A stretch of DNA of 64,000 nucleotides from Burkholderiales bacterium (GCA_035528435.1 DATKYN010000141.1:7939-71938), one strand, 5' to 3'; positions 1-10,621 are shown, counted from the first letter of the stretch. Made by a program: numbers and translations. Notes: a model not told the origin generated them from the sequence alone.

Positions 1-695
1 GTGTCGCAATGGGAAGGGCCCTGGCGCGCGACCCGGCACTGTTCCTGTTTGATGAACCCCTCTCCAACCTGGACGCCAAGCTGCGTGTAGAAATGCGCGC
101 CGAGATCAAACTTCTTCACGAACGGCTCAAGGCAACCATCGTCTATGTGACGCACGACCAGATCGAAGCCATGACGCTAGGCGACCGGATCGCCGTAATG
201 AAATCCGGAGAGGTGCATCAACTCGCGAGTCCGCAGGAAGTATATGACGATCCCGCCGACCTGTTCGTCGCCGGGTTCATCGGTTCGCCTCCAATGAACC
301 TGATTCGCGCGCCCGTCGCAAGCCATGACGGCAGCGTCGGCGTTGACTTGCGTAGTGATAGTGAAACGGTTTTTTTCCGCGCGCCGGAGGCGATACACGA
401 AGGCCTGGCAAAATGGATCGGCCGGGAAGTCATTGTCGGTATTCGGCCGGAGCAGATCAGTGACGAAATATCGCGGGGCGTGGCACAGGAGGCCCACGTC
501 AAACGGCGAGCAAAAGTCGACGTCGTGCATCCGACCGGGCCGGATACGCTGATACTGATCGAGCTCAACGACACCCCGGTCACCTGCCGCGTTCATCCCG
601 AAACGATGGTTCGTAGTGGACAAACGACGGAGCTCATGTTCGATTTGTCCAAGCTCGTTTTCTTCGATCCGGAAACGGAAAGACGGATTCGCTAG
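1..695 (+). CDS. Sugar-type ABC transporter ATP-binding protein, MalK/UgpC family, 5'-truncated by the window edge
   Basis: The frame is open from nt 3. It shows the ABC signature/Walker B region (..[37 protein letters not shown]) followed by a MalK-like C-terminal regulatory domain (FIGSPPMNL). Confidence 0.85.
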   Translation, partial: VAMGRALARDPALFLFDEPLSNLDAKLRVEMRAEIKLLHERLKATIVYVTHDQIEAMTLGDRIAVMKSGEVHQLASPQEVYDDPADLFVAGFIGSPPMNLIRAPVASHDGSVGVDLRSDSETVFFRAPEAIHEGLAKWIGREVIVGIRPEQISDEISRGVAQEAHVKRRAKVDVVHPTGPDTLILIELNDTPVTCRVHPETMVRSGQTTELMFDLSKLVFFDPETERRIR

Positions 696-718
696 CTACG
701 TTGAATGTTGCCGGGCCT

Positions 719-1684
719 TCAGTTCGAGTACGTCAGAAGAGTAGCCAGTCCTTTGAGCGCTGGAGTCTCGGCAACAATGACGTAAGTCGGTATGCCCGAC
801 AGATACGCACGATAACGTCCCTTGTCTTCGAACCGCTGACGAAACACCGAACCGTCCAGATAACCACCAAGCTTCGGCACAATACCGCCACCGATAAATA
901 TGCCACCGCGCGCACCCAGGGTGACGGCGACATTTGCAGCGGCGGTACCGAGGGCGCCACAAAAGATTTCGACTGTTTCCCGGCACCTTGCATCGCTCCC
1001 GTCGAGGGCCTTGCCGGTAATCTGTGCGGGTTCGAGCGCTCGCGGTGTTTCGCCGTCAAGCGCGCATAGCGCCCGAAAGATATTCGTTAACCCCATTCCG
1101 CTGAGCAACCGCTCGTTCGATACGTGCGTTCCGTAGTCTCGGCGAAGCAAGCGCAGAATCTGATCTTCCCGGTCTGTCATCGGACTGAATGCTACGTGAC
1201 CGCCCTCACCCAGCAAGGGCACCCAGCGACCTGCGTCATGCACCAGCCCGGAGACACCAAGACCGGTGCCGGGACCAATGACGCCGATAGCGCTTCCGGC
1301 TACCGGCGCGCCGCCTCCGATCTGGCGTTTTTCATCGCCTTTGAGAATCGGCAGCGCCAGCGCCAGGGCGGTAAAGTCGTTTATGACGTGCAACCGCTCA
1401 AGGCCAAGCGCGTCACGCGTCGCGGACACTGAAAATGACCACGGACCGTTAGTCAGGCGAATCGTGTCTTCGGTAACCGCGGTTGCGACATCGAAAGCTC
1501 CTGTGCGGATAGCCGGCTTGCCGACAAGGTCAAGATAGTGGCGGGCCGCTTCGACCGGTCCGGAAAAGTCTGCACAGCGCAGATTGTGTTCTTGCTGCGG
1601 GCTTGTTTCGCCACGTCTGACCAGCCCAAAGCGCACATTGGTCCCGCCAATATCCGCCACCAATGCAAGATTCACTTCGGTCAT
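719..1684 (-). CDS. glk: Glucokinase
   Basis: 321 aa. The N-terminus LVADIGGTNVRFGLV is the ROK/glucokinase ATP-binding motif. Length and overall pattern fit bacterial Glk, and the gene lies directly downstream of tkt. Confidence 0.88.
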   Translation of the reverse strand: MTEVNLALVADIGGTNVRFGLVRRGETSPQQEHNLRCADFSGPVEAARHYLDLVGKPAIRTGAFDVATAVTEDTIRLTNGPWSFSVSATRDALGLERLHVINDFTALALALPILKGDEKRQIGGGAPVAGSAIGVIGPGTGLGVSGLVHDAGRWVPLLGEGGHVAFSPMTDREDQILRLLRRDYGTHVSNERLLSGMGLTNIFRALCALDGETPRALEPAQITGKALDGSDARCRETVEIFCGALGTAAANVAVTLGARGGIFIGGGIVPKLGGYLDGSVFRQRFEDKGRYRAYLSGIPTYVIVAETPALKGLATLLTYSN

Positions 1685-1704
1685 CGCGGTCTACCGGCGC
1701 CGGT

Positions 1705-3702
1705 TCAGCCTTTCAGTGTGTCTTCAACCGCGGCCACAACCGCGTCGGCGGTAATGCCGAAGTGCAGGTATAACTCACCGCCAGGAGCAGATTCGCCGAA
1801 ACGATCAATACCGACGACCGCGCCTTCCAGACCGACATACTTGCGCCAGAAATCCGTTACGCCGGCTTCAACCGCTACGCGCGGCAGACCAGCGGGCAAC
1901 ACGACGTCGCGATAGGCGGCTTCCTGACGATCAAACACATCGGTTGACGGCATCGAGACAACGCGAACCGCAATGCCCTTGTCGGCAAGAGTCCGCTGGG
2001 CGTCCATGGCCAGTGCCAGTTCCGATCCGGTGCCAATAATGATCGCGGCCGGCTGATCGACGTCCGCCAGTACGTATCCACCCCTGCATATCTGTTCGAC
2101 CTGTTGCGTGGTTCGCTGCTGGTGAGGCACACCCTGACGCGTCAGCAACAGTGTCGTCGGGCCGTTCCTGCGCTCGATAGCCATTGCCCAGGCCACGGTG
2201 GTTTCCACCGCATCGCATGGTCGCCACACGTCCAGATTCGGGATTTGTCGCAGCGTTGTCGCGTGTTCCACCGGCTGGTGGGTCGGGCCGTCTTCACCAA
2301 GACCGATTGAATCATGCGTAAACACAAAGATGCTGCCCGCACCCATCAGGGCGGCCACACGAAGCGCATTGCGGCAGTAGTCAGAGAAGACAAGAAAAGT
2401 GCCGCCATAGGGAATACATCCGCCGTGCAGCACCATGCCGTTCATGATCGCTGCCATGCCGAATTCACGCACGCCATAAAAGACGTAATTGCCGCCCGGC
2501 TTGGTGATGGATTTCGAGCCAGACCACATGGTGAGATTCGAACCCGCCAGATCAGCCGAGCCACCAATCAGTTCGGGAAGTGATGGTGCGAATGCTTCGA
2601 GCGCGTTCTGAGAGGCTTTACGGGTTGCGAGCTTCTGTGCTTTCTCCGCGATGCCGGTAACAATGGCATCGCGCTTCGACTCCCACTGCTCTGGCAATTT
2701 GCCTGCCGTGCGCCGCTTGAACTCGGCAGCTTCGGCGGGAAACTTGCCCGCGTAGGCTTCCAGAAGCTGGGTCCATTCCGATTCCAGGGCAGCGCCCTGC
2801 GCTCTTCCATCCCAACCGGCATAGATATCGTCCGGAATCTCGAATGGCGGACTCGTCCAGCCCAATGCCTTGCGCGTGGCCGCCACTTCATCCTCTCCAA
2901 GTGCTGCGCCGTGCGCCGCTCCGGTGTTTTCTTTACCCGGCGAGCCCTTGCCAATCCTCGTCTTGCAACAGATCAGGGATGGCTTGTCGGTGACCGCGCG
3001 GGCTTGCGCGATCGCGCCATCAACCGCGTCGGGGTCATGTCCGTCGATTCCGTCAATTACCTGCCAGCCATAGGCTTCGAAGCGCTTCGGCGTGTCATCG
3101 GAAAACCACTGTCCGATATTGGCCTTGTCAGAGTCAATGGAAATACCATTGTCATCGTACAGAACGACTAGCTTGCCCAGTCCTAGAACACCGGCCAGCG
3201 AACACGCTTCATGCGATACGCCCTCCATCAGGCAGCCGTCACCGACGTAGGCATAAGTATGATGATCGACGAGATCGAAGCCGGGTCGGTTGAAATCACT
3301 GGCGAGAATCTTTTCTGCGATCGCCATGCCAACGGCATTTGCCAGACCCTGCCCCAGCGGGCCTGTGGTGGTTTCGACACCAGGCGTTACGCCGTATTCC
3401 GGATGTCCCGGTGTCTTCGAGTGCAGTTGGCGGAACGCCTTGATCTGGTCCATCGGCAATTCATAGCCAGTCAGATGCAGCACCGCGTACAACAACATGG
3501 AACCATGGCCGTTCGACAACACAAACCGGTCGCGGTTTGGCCACGCCGGGTTGGCCGGATTGTGGCGCAGATATTTTCGCCACAGGACTTCGGTGATATC
3601 GGCCATTCCCATCGGCATTCCCGGGTGTCCGGAATTTGCCTTTTGCACTGCGTCCATCGCCAGCACGCGGATGGCGTTGGCCAATTCAGTTCTGTTCGCC
3701 AT
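1705..3702 (-). CDS. tkt: Transketolase
   Basis: 665 aa. Motifs seen are [13 protein letters not shown], the ThDP-binding [13 protein letters not shown], and [15 protein letters not shown]. Confidence 0.96.
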   Translation of the reverse strand: MANRTELANAIRVLAMDAVQKANSGHPGMPMGMADITEVLWRKYLRHNPANPAWPNRDRFVLSNGHGSMLLYAVLHLTGYELPMDQIKAFRQLHSKTPGHPEYGVTPGVETTTGPLGQGLANAVGMAIAEKILASDFNRPGFDLVDHHTYAYVGDGCLMEGVSHEACSLAGVLGLGKLVVLYDDNGISIDSDKANIGQWFSDDTPKRFEAYGWQVIDGIDGHDPDAVDGAIAQARAVTDKPSLICCKTRIGKGSPGKENTGAAHGAALGEDEVAATRKALGWTSPPFEIPDDIYAGWDGRAQGAALESEWTQLLEAYAGKFPAEAAEFKRRTAGKLPEQWESKRDAIVTGIAEKAQKLATRKASQNALEAFAPSLPELIGGSADLAGSNLTMWSGSKSITKPGGNYVFYGVREFGMAAIMNGMVLHGGCIPYGGTFLVFSDYCRNALRVAALMGAGSIFVFTHDSIGLGEDGPTHQPVEHATTLRQIPNLDVWRPCDAVETTVAWAMAIERRNGPTTLLLTRQGVPHQQRTTQQVEQICRGGYVLADVDQPAAIIIGTGSELALAMDAQRTLADKGIAVRVVSMPSTDVFDRQEAAYRDVVLPAGLPRVAVEAGVTDFWRKYVGLEGAVVGIDRFGESAPGGELYLHFGITADAVVAAVEDTLKG

Positions 3703-3715
3703 TGGTCCTCTTCCA

Positions 3716-3749
3716 GGAAAACAAAATCCCGGAACGGGTGTTCCGGGAT
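3716..3749 (-). terminator. Rho-independent terminator-like hairpin downstream of ntrX
   Basis: The minus strand reads ATCCCGGAAC-ACCC-GTTCCGGGAT, a 10-bp perfect stem, followed by TTTGTTTTC. It lies about 80 nt after the ntrX stop. Confidence 0.6.
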
Positions 3750-3827
3750 CGATCAGCGCCCGGCTTCTATTGGCTCCGGGATCCGCTCTATTCTATCTCA
3801 GGCAATGCCAGCCACACGGTGACACGG

Positions 3828-5087
3828 TCAATCGTCGGTTCGCCGTGGCGGCTTGAGCCCCAATTGTTTGATTTTGCGATATAGATGCGTTCGTTCCAGT
3901 CCTGCGCGGGTTGCCACCCGCGACATACTGCCGTTTTCCCGGCTGAGATGGTACTCAAAGTAGACCCGCTCGAAATCCTCTCTCGCTGCGCGCAGGTCTC
4001 GGTCCAGATTGAGACGCTCGTCGAGCACCGGTACTACGTCGTCAAACTCCGCCAGGGCATTGGTGACATCGCCAATACCGATTTCCGTTCCCGTAGCCAG
4101 CTGCAGACAACTCTTCACCACGGTCTGTAGCTGAACCAGATTGCCCGGCCAATGATAATTGCGCAGCATGTTGAGCGCTGCCATGGTGAATGTACGTGGC
4201 CGCGTGTCTCTTTCCGGCAGCGCTTGCAAAAGAATCAGTTCGATCAGCTCGGGTATGTCTTCAGACCGTTCGCGCAATGCCGGAAGACGAATAATGGTCC
4301 CTGCGAGGACAGCGTAAAGTCGTGCCTCGAACGTGGACGCGACAATGGATTCCGGCAACGACGCCGTTGTCGATGACAGCAGGCGCGCGCCGCTCGCTTC
4401 GAATTCCGCCATCATCGCCAACAGGGCAAACTGCTGTTCGCGTGAAAAGTCCTGAACGTCGCGCAGGTATATCGTTCCCTGCTGGGCCAAGCGGGGCAGT
4501 TCTTCGCGGCGTTCATCAAAATGACCAGGGCTTACGACTTCAACCCACGGATGTTCTTTTTTTGCCAGCAATTGCGCACATTGGTCGGCTCCGGCTCCCG
4601 GAGGCTCAACAAGTAATACCGAGCTTTGCAGTTTTCTTACACGCTCGAGTTGTTCCCGGGTCTGGCTCGCGGCAGCCGACTTGCCGATTGTGGCGAACAC
4701 GGGCAAGGGCTTGTCGCTCGAAATGCCTTGCTCAAGCGCCATCCCAACAGTCGAAAGCAGTTTTTGCAAGGCGATCGGCTTTTCCAGGAAACCATAGGCG
4801 CCTATCCGCGTTGCCTCTACCGCAGTGTCAATCGTGCCGTGCCCGGACATCATCACAACCGGCATGGTCAACTGCCCGGTAGACGCCCATTCCTTGAGCA
4901 AGGTGACACCATCGCTATCGGGCATCCAGATGTCGAGCAACACCAGATCCGGTTTTGATCGCGATCGTAAGTCGCGTGCCTGTGATGCACTGTCTGCAAG
5001 ATGAACCTGATGACCTTCTTCGCGAAGAATTTCGGACAACAATTCGCGGATGCCAACTTCATCGTCTACCACCATTATCTGGCTCAT
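3828..5087 (-). CDS. ntrX: NtrX-like response regulator: receiver domain, degenerate AAA+ domain and Fis-type HTH
   Basis: The receiver domain shows MVVDDEVGIRELL...LLDIWMPDSDG. The central region aligns to the NtrC family (WPGNLVQLQ resembles WPGNVREL). The C-terminal HTH is SRVATRAGLERTHLYRKIKQLGL. The gene sits immediately downstream of an NtrY-type kinase. Confidence 0.7.
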   Translation of the reverse strand: MSQIMVVDDEVGIRELLSEILREEGHQVHLADSASQARDLRSRSKPDLVLLDIWMPDSDGVTLLKEWASTGQLTMPVVMMSGHGTIDTAVEATRIGAYGFLEKPIALQKLLSTVGMALEQGISSDKPLPVFATIGKSAAASQTREQLERVRKLQSSVLLVEPPGAGADQCAQLLAKKEHPWVEVVSPGHFDERREELPRLAQQGTIYLRDVQDFSREQQFALLAMMAEFEASGARLLSSTTASLPESIVASTFEARLYAVLAGTIIRLPALRERSEDIPELIELILLQALPERDTRPRTFTMAALNMLRNYHWPGNLVQLQTVVKSCLQLATGTEIGIGDVTNALAEFDDVVPVLDERLNLDRDLRAAREDFERVYFEYHLSRENGSMSRVATRAGLERTHLYRKIKQLGLKPPRRTDD

Positions 5088-5101
5088 CGTTGCTCGATCC
5101 G

Positions 5102-7297
5102 CTATTGATTGATTGCCGCCTGGCGCGTGTCCGGCATGCCGGTTGCCCTGGCAAGCCGGATTTCAACAAGCGCGCCGCCGGATTCGGGATTCGAAACAGT
5201 GACGCTTCCACCGTGCTCCTCGACGATCTTCTTTACGATGGCGAGACCCAGACCGGTTCCCCGCGCCTTGCTGGTGACATAGGGTTCAAACACGCGCGCC
5301 ATCATCTGTTCAGGGAATCCCGGACCATTGTCACTTACGGAGAGCACAACTCCGTCCGACGCCATCCAGGTGCGCACAATGATCCGCGGCTGGCTGACTT
5401 CAGCGACGGCCTGCTCGGCATTCTGCAGAAGGTTGTGCACAAGCTGTCGTAGTTGGGTCGAATCACCGGATATCGCCGGCAGATCGCGGCCAAGTTCGAC
5501 GCTTAACCTCGGCCTCGACGCCTCGTACAGCTGGAGCACGTCACTAACGAGGGCGTTCAGATCGACCGGTACAAGGTCGGGCTCCGGAGACCGAGCGTAC
5601 TCGCTAAACGCGTTCACCATGTCCTTCAATGCCGACACCTGGTTAACGATGGTATGCGTCGACCGGTTCAGGACGTCCGAATCCGATGCATCCAGCTTTT
5701 CAGCCAACCTGCGCTCCAGGCGTTCGGCGGACAACTGAATTGGCGTGAGCGGATTCTTTATCTCATGCGCAAGCCGGCGCGCGACCTCGCCCCAGGCAGC
5801 GTAGCGCTGAGCCTGCAACAGCTTTGTGACGTCGTCGAACACGACTACGTAGCCTTTTTCCTCGCCTTCCTGCAGTTGCGATCCACGCAGCAACAGCACC
5901 TGTTTGCCCGTTTGCGTATCGACATCGATCTGCTGCTCCCAGGTTGATTCCGCCCCGTCAACAAACCGCGATCGTGCCACTTGCCAAATATTCACCAACC
6001 GAGGCGCACTGGCGGTCCAGTTCTCGGCCCTTTTACCGATAAGCTGAGTAAGGTCTGCACCAAGAATCTTCTCGGCACTTCGATTACTCGCCCGCAACCG
6101 GAATAGCTTGTCGAAAGAAAGTACCCCAGCCGACAGGTTGGCCAGAATACTTTCCAGGTAGGCTTTCGCAGCAGAGAGCGCTTCCTGGTGGTGCTGAGCT
6201 GCCCTCTGAGCTTCGGAAAGCTGGTCGGTCATGGCATTGAAGGATTCAGTGAGCACACCCAGCTCATCGTGTCTGTGCACCGGCTGGCGCAAACTGAAAT
6301 CACCTTGCGCGACAGCGCGCGTTCCTGCCGCCAGAAATCCCAGTGGCGAGGACAGACGGTTACTGAACAAGATTGCGAGCAGCAGAACCGACAGCAGGGC
6401 CAGACCAAGTGACAGGGTCAGCGCCAGTGTGTAGAGACGCTTCAGGCCATGGCGTGAAAGCGATAGTTCCTGGTAGTCGCGATAGGCTTCCTGAACCAGG
6501 GCCGCATCTCGCGCAAGCCTTTCTGATACCGGTTGCACGAGTTGCAGAATCTGGGTTTCGCCGCCCGGCTGATTGACCGGAACAGCCACACGAAGCCGCA
6601 ACTTCGATGCGCCGTCTTCCTCGACGGCAAGATAGGGCTGCTGCAGCCGGACCTGTCGCAGCATCGATGGATTGGGAACAACCGGCATCAACTGCTCGGA
6701 CTCCACACCGGAAAACGCGATTATGTTTCCATCCGCTGACAGCAACGCAGCTTCGTTTACTGCCGCCTTTTCGCGAAGCTCGTTGAGCGTGGAAACCGGC
6801 GTGACCATTTCGCCATCGGACAGGCTGACCGCCATCGAGTCGGCCTTTCGTTGCAATTCGCGCAAGCCGGTTTCGAGATTGACGCGACCCAGATTCAGGC
6901 CGCTCTCGAGAGCGCTATCAACACGCACATCGAACCATGATTCGATCGATCCCGCCAGGAACTGTACCGAGATGCCGTACATCACTACCCCGGGCAGCAC
7001 CGAGACGATGGTGAAAACAATCACCAGGCGCAGAGTCAGCTTGGAACCGAATATGCGCGCTTTGAGCCGACGCCGCAGCAAGACCAGTTGAAAACCGACC
7101 AGCAACAGCAGTGCAACCACAATGGCAACACCGAACCCAAGCAGCCTGGGGAGATCATTTCCGACGTCAGTGGTGTTGGTGCTCGCAGTCGACAACAGAT
7201 AGAGCATGACAACACCAAGGATAAGCGCAAGCCCGACCACATACCGCATACCCCGGGTCATCAAGGATCGGCGAAGTTTCTGCAGCGACCGGTTCAT
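5102..7297 (-). CDS. ntrY: NtrY-like sensor histidine kinase (multi-TM, HAMP, PAS, HisKA, HATPase)
   Basis: The H-box is RLAHEIKNPLTPIQLSAERL and the HATPase motifs are DNGPGF and GTGLGLAIVKKIV. The N-terminus has TM helices. I chose the ATG at 7297 (MNRSLQKL) because it makes an ATGA overlap with the upstream stop. The longest ORF would start at 7339. Confidence 0.78.
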   Translation of the reverse strand: MNRSLQKLRRSLMTRGMRYVVGLALILGVVMLYLLSTASTNTTDVGNDLPRLLGFGVAIVVALLLLVGFQLVLLRRRLKARIFGSKLTLRLVIVFTIVSVLPGVVMYGISVQFLAGSIESWFDVRVDSALESGLNLGRVNLETGLRELQRKADSMAVSLSDGEMVTPVSTLNELREKAAVNEAALLSADGNIIAFSGVESEQLMPVVPNPSMLRQVRLQQPYLAVEEDGASKLRLRVAVPVNQPGGETQILQLVQPVSERLARDAALVQEAYRDYQELSLSRHGLKRLYTLALTLSLGLALLSVLLLAILFSNRLSSPLGFLAAGTRAVAQGDFSLRQPVHRHDELGVLTESFNAMTDQLSEAQRAAQHHQEALSAAKAYLESILANLSAGVLSFDKLFRLRASNRSAEKILGADLTQLIGKRAENWTASAPRLVNIWQVARSRFVDGAESTWEQQIDVDTQTGKQVLLLRGSQLQEGEEKGYVVVFDDVTKLLQAQRYAAWGEVARRLAHEIKNPLTPIQLSAERLERRLAEKLDASDSDVLNRSTHTIVNQVSALKDMVNAFSEYARSPEPDLVPVDLNALVSDVLQLYEASRPRLSVELGRDLPAISGDSTQLRQLVHNLLQNAEQAVAEVSQPRIIVRTWMASDGVVLSVSDNGPGFPEQMMARVFEPYVTSKARGTGLGLAIVKKIVEEHGGSVTVSNPESGGALVEIRLARATGMPDTRQAAINQ

Positions 7298-7878
7298 CGC
7301 CCGATCGTCCACCGGAACCAGGACGAGGACACATCCCAATCGTCAGAGCCGAGGGCATCTATCTGAAACGGCTTGGGAAGTCGGGAGGTATCTAGACGCA
7401 TACGAAGCTGTGCTTCGTAGACCCGGTCTTCATCTAGTAGAGCTGCCTCGAAAACCGGTTGATCGGAAAGACCACCAAGGACCGACAGCGCGTTTTCCAG
7501 CGTGTTGAATGTCTGATGCAGAACTCCGTAACTGAGACGGTACTGGCGTGTCAGCGCGTTATAGCTCAGACGGTAAGTTTGTTGTAGCTCGACCAACCGC
7601 TTGTTCCAGAAATAAAGCGTGTACCAACGCGGATAGATCAGGGCAAACTCAACCAGGAAGTGCAGCGCGACACCACGGTTGAGTGCTTCTTCCACCGTTG
7701 GCGTAAGTCCAATGTTGAAACTCGCATTCAGGTAGTAATCACCGTTCTCGGGTGTAAGTTCAACCGACTGGACAAAGATACTGTCCGCCCTAGCCAGTGA
7801 GACACTCACCAGCAGCAATACGCCCAGCAACGAGCGTGACAGCCTAGACTTTTTCAAAAAGGGCGTGGAAAAAACCAT
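7294..7878 (-). CDS. DUF4390-like exported protein, in the conserved rsmB-DUF4390-ntrY-ntrX context
   Basis: A signal-peptide-like N-terminus (LLGVLLLVSVSLARA) follows the MVFSTPFLKK start. The position between rsmB and ntrY matches the arrangement I recall from betaproteobacteria. The start is uncertain; the longest ORF begins at 7950 inside rsmB. Confidence 0.6.
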   Translation of the reverse strand: MVFSTPFLKKSRLSRSLLGVLLLVSVSLARADSIFVQSVELTPENGDYYLNASFNIGLTPTVEEALNRGVALHFLVEFALIYPRWYTLYFWNKRLVELQQTYRLSYNALTRQYRLSYGVLHQTFNTLENALSVLGGLSDQPVFEAALLDEDRVYEAQLRMRLDTSRLPKPFQIDALGSDDWDVSSSWFRWTIGR

Positions 7879-9109
7879 CGTGTTCTTCGGTTGGAAGCAG
7901 CAACTCTCCTGCAGTACTTGCATGCCGCGACACCAGAGCTGCATCGGCATGGGTGGAAAGAAATTGCCTTACCTGATCCTGATTCTCTTCCTGAAAGACC
8001 GAGCAAGTGACATAAAGCAATTTACCACCGCCGGCGACTACCTGCCACAGCGCCTCCAGCAAACGCCTTTGCTGGCGTACGAAGCCGGCCACATCTTTTT
8101 CCCGGCGCAGCCACTTCACATCCGGGTGGCGCCGCACAACACCCGATGCAGTGCAGGGCGCGTCGAGTAGTACCCGATCGACCGGCTTACCATCCCACCA
8201 GGTGTCGAGTTGCGTCGCATCGGCACATCGCAGTTTCGCTTTAAGGGAAAGTCTTTGCAGATTGTCGCTGATACGGGTGAGCCGCTCTGCGTCGTGGTCC
8301 AGAGCGGTCAGACACACGTCGGCGAGTTCCAGAATGTGCCCGGCTTTGCCACCCGGTGCCGCGCATGCGTCGATCACAGTTTGCCCCGATCGCAAGTCGA
8401 GCATATTCGCTGACTGTTGCGCTCCGGCATCCTGAACCGAAACCAGGCCGTCGCTAAAACCGGGCAAGCGCTCAACCGCAAGCGGTACGTCGAGCAAAAC
8501 CGCGGACGGGCCCACCACTCTGGCCTCGATCTGACTCTGCTCGAGCATGGAAAGATACTGCGCTGGCGTAACGCGGCGCCGGTTCACGCGCAACGTCATC
8601 GGCGGATGCGTGTTTCCCAACTCGAGCACGGTGTCTGCCTGCGCGCCGATCTGCGAGCGCAGTTTCTCTATCCACCAGCGGGGGTAGGATAATCTCGCGA
8701 CATCATCGTGTTGCGCTGAGCGCAGCAAGTCCTCTCGCCTGCGCAGATACTCGCGCAGTACCGCATTCGCGAACGACTTCAGGCCCTGGCCGGCTACCAA
8801 ATTGATCGTCTTGACGGCATGATCAACGACCGCGTATTGAGGCGCCCTGCCAAATTCAAGCTGGTAGAGTGCGACCAGCAGCAGGGCACTCACGATCGGT
8901 TCTTTCGGTTTGCGCGTGACCAGCTTGTCAAGCATGTAGCGCAGCAGGCCCAGATGACGCAGCGTGCCGTAGCTGTAAGCTTGCACGGCTGCCCTCTCCT
9001 GATCGGTTAGCACGCCTTTCCGACGGGACGCAAGGAGGGCTGACGTCAGGTTCTGCCCGGATAGTACCGACTGAACTGCCTCCGCCGCTGCCTGCTGTAT
9101 TTTCTGCAC
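7844..9109 (-). CDS. rsmB: 16S rRNA (cytosine967-C5)-methyltransferase RsmB
   Basis: 421 aa with an NusB-like N-terminus and a SAM methyltransferase core (DACAAPGGK, DAPCTASGVVRRHPD, YVTCS). The def-fmt-rsmB order is conserved. Confidence 0.9.
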   Translation of the reverse strand: MQKIQQAAAEAVQSVLSGQNLTSALLASRRKGVLTDQERAAVQAYSYGTLRHLGLLRYMLDKLVTRKPKEPIVSALLLVALYQLEFGRAPQYAVVDHAVKTINLVAGQGLKSFANAVLREYLRRREDLLRSAQHDDVARLSYPRWWIEKLRSQIGAQADTVLELGNTHPPMTLRVNRRRVTPAQYLSMLEQSQIEARVVGPSAVLLDVPLAVERLPGFSDGLVSVQDAGAQQSANMLDLRSGQTVIDACAAPGGKAGHILELADVCLTALDHDAERLTRISDNLQRLSLKAKLRCADATQLDTWWDGKPVDRVLLDAPCTASGVVRRHPDVKWLRREKDVAGFVRQQRRLLEALWQVVAGGGKLLYVTCSVFQEENQDQVRQFLSTHADAALVSRHASTAGELLLPTEEHDGFFHALFEKV

Positions 9110-9118
9110 CAGCCTGCC

Positions 9119-10063
9119 TCAGTCAGCGAAGCGCTGACCTGGCGCGATCGGAAATCCCCGCAAAAATGCTCCCGCCGGCAGTCGTTTGCCACCTGATCTT
9201 TGCAATTCGGTCAGCCGCAGTGCCGTGCCATCACCACAATTCACCGTGATGCCGGCCTCCGATACTGCGTCCACCAGCCCGGGGCAACCGGATGCAGCTT
9301 TGGCAAACTCGGCCGCCCATATTTTGACCACGTGTTGGTCGAGCCGCGAAAACGCGCCCGGAAACGGGTTGAAAGCGCGTATTGTCCGTTCGATCTCGCT
9401 GGCCGGGCGGTCCCAATGAATCAGCGCCTGGTCCCGGGTGATTTTGTGGGCGTAACTGGCGCCTTCCGTGGGTTGCGCTGTTGCTTTCAAGTTACCCGAC
9501 GCGATACCTGACAGCGCTGCAACAATTGCGCGCGCGCCCAGTGCTGAAAGTTTGTCGTGCAGTGAACCCGCGGTATCACCCGGGGCGACAGGGATCGACT
9601 CTTTGAAGTAGACCGGTCCCGTATCGAGTCCTTCATCCATGCGCATGATGCTGATGCCGGTTTCGCTGTCACCGGCAAGCAACGCGTGCTGTATCGGGGC
9701 AGCACCACGCCAGCGCGGCAACAGCGAAGCGTGAATATTGATGCAACCACCTGGAAAGGCCGCAATGACGTCCGCTGGAAGGATCAGCCCATACGCGGCG
9801 ACGACCATCGCTTCTGCACCCACTGCCGCAATCCGTCTGACCGCTTCTGCGTCACGCAGCGTTGGTGGCTGAAAAACAGGCAGGCCATTCGACAGGGCAA
9901 GCTTTTTGACTTCGCTGGATGAGCGTTTCATACCGCGACCCGCTGCGGCATCAGGCCGCGTCAGGACCAGCACGATTTCGTGCTCACTCTGGATGAGCGC
10001 CTCAAGGGCATTAGCTGCAAATGCCGGTGTTCCGGCGAAAACCAGGCGCATGGGTTCAGGCAA
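9119..10063 (-). CDS. fmt: Methionyl-tRNA formyltransferase
   Basis: 314 aa with the motifs LVFAGTPAFA, NIHASLLPRWRGAAPIQ and the typical C-terminal domain. It lies downstream of def. Confidence 0.95.
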   Translation of the reverse strand: MPEPMRLVFAGTPAFAANALEALIQSEHEIVLVLTRPDAAAGRGMKRSSSEVKKLALSNGLPVFQPPTLRDAEAVRRIAAVGAEAMVVAAYGLILPADVIAAFPGGCINIHASLLPRWRGAAPIQHALLAGDSETGISIMRMDEGLDTGPVYFKESIPVAPGDTAGSLHDKLSALGARAIVAALSGIASGNLKATAQPTEGASYAHKITRDQALIHWDRPASEIERTIRAFNPFPGAFSRLDQHVVKIWAAEFAKAASGCPGLVDAVSEAGITVNCGDGTALRLTELQRSGGKRLPAGAFLRGFPIAPGQRFAD

Positions 10064-10072
10064 GTCGGGTTG

Positions 10073-10576
10073 TCAAATCGCCAGCCGCTCTGCCTTGCGC
10101 AGTTTCTTGACGATGCGTTGCTGTTTCAGGGGAGACAGATACTCTACAAATACCTTGCCTTTGAGGTGGTCCATTTCATGCTGCACACAGACAGCAAGCA
10201 GGCCTTCGGCATCGAATTCAAAGGGTTTGCCATCCCGATCAAGTGCCTTGACACGTATTTTCTCGGCCCGGGACACCTTGTCATAGATTCCGGGAACGCT
10301 CAAACAGCCTTCTTCGCATTCAATTTGACCAGATGATTCGATAATTTCAGGATTGATGAGTACCAAAAGTTGGTCTTTAGTCTCAGAAAGATCCATAACG
10401 ATCAGTTGCTTATGGACATTAACCTGTGTCGCCGCGAGACCGATACCAGGTGCCGCGTACATCGTCTCAGCCATGTCGTCGATCAACGAACGGGTGTTGT
10501 GGTCGACCTGCCGCACCGCTTCGGCGACGGTATACAGGCGTGGATCAGGGTATTTGAGAATCTGGAGAAATGCCAT
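10073..10576 (-). CDS. def: Peptide deformylase
   Basis: 167 aa carrying the three PDF motifs [16 protein letters not shown] and HEMDHL. Confidence 0.96.
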   Translation of the reverse strand: MAFLQILKYPDPRLYTVAEAVRQVDHNTRSLIDDMAETMYAAPGIGLAATQVNVHKQLIVMDLSETKDQLLVLINPEIIESSGQIECEEGCLSVPGIYDKVSRAEKIRVKALDRDGKPFEFDAEGLLAVCVQHEMDHLKGKVFVEYLSPLKQQRIVKKLRKAERLAI

Positions 10577-10621
10577 AAATGCTTGCTAATTTAATAGACT
10601 ATATGCAGAATTTAAACCAAA

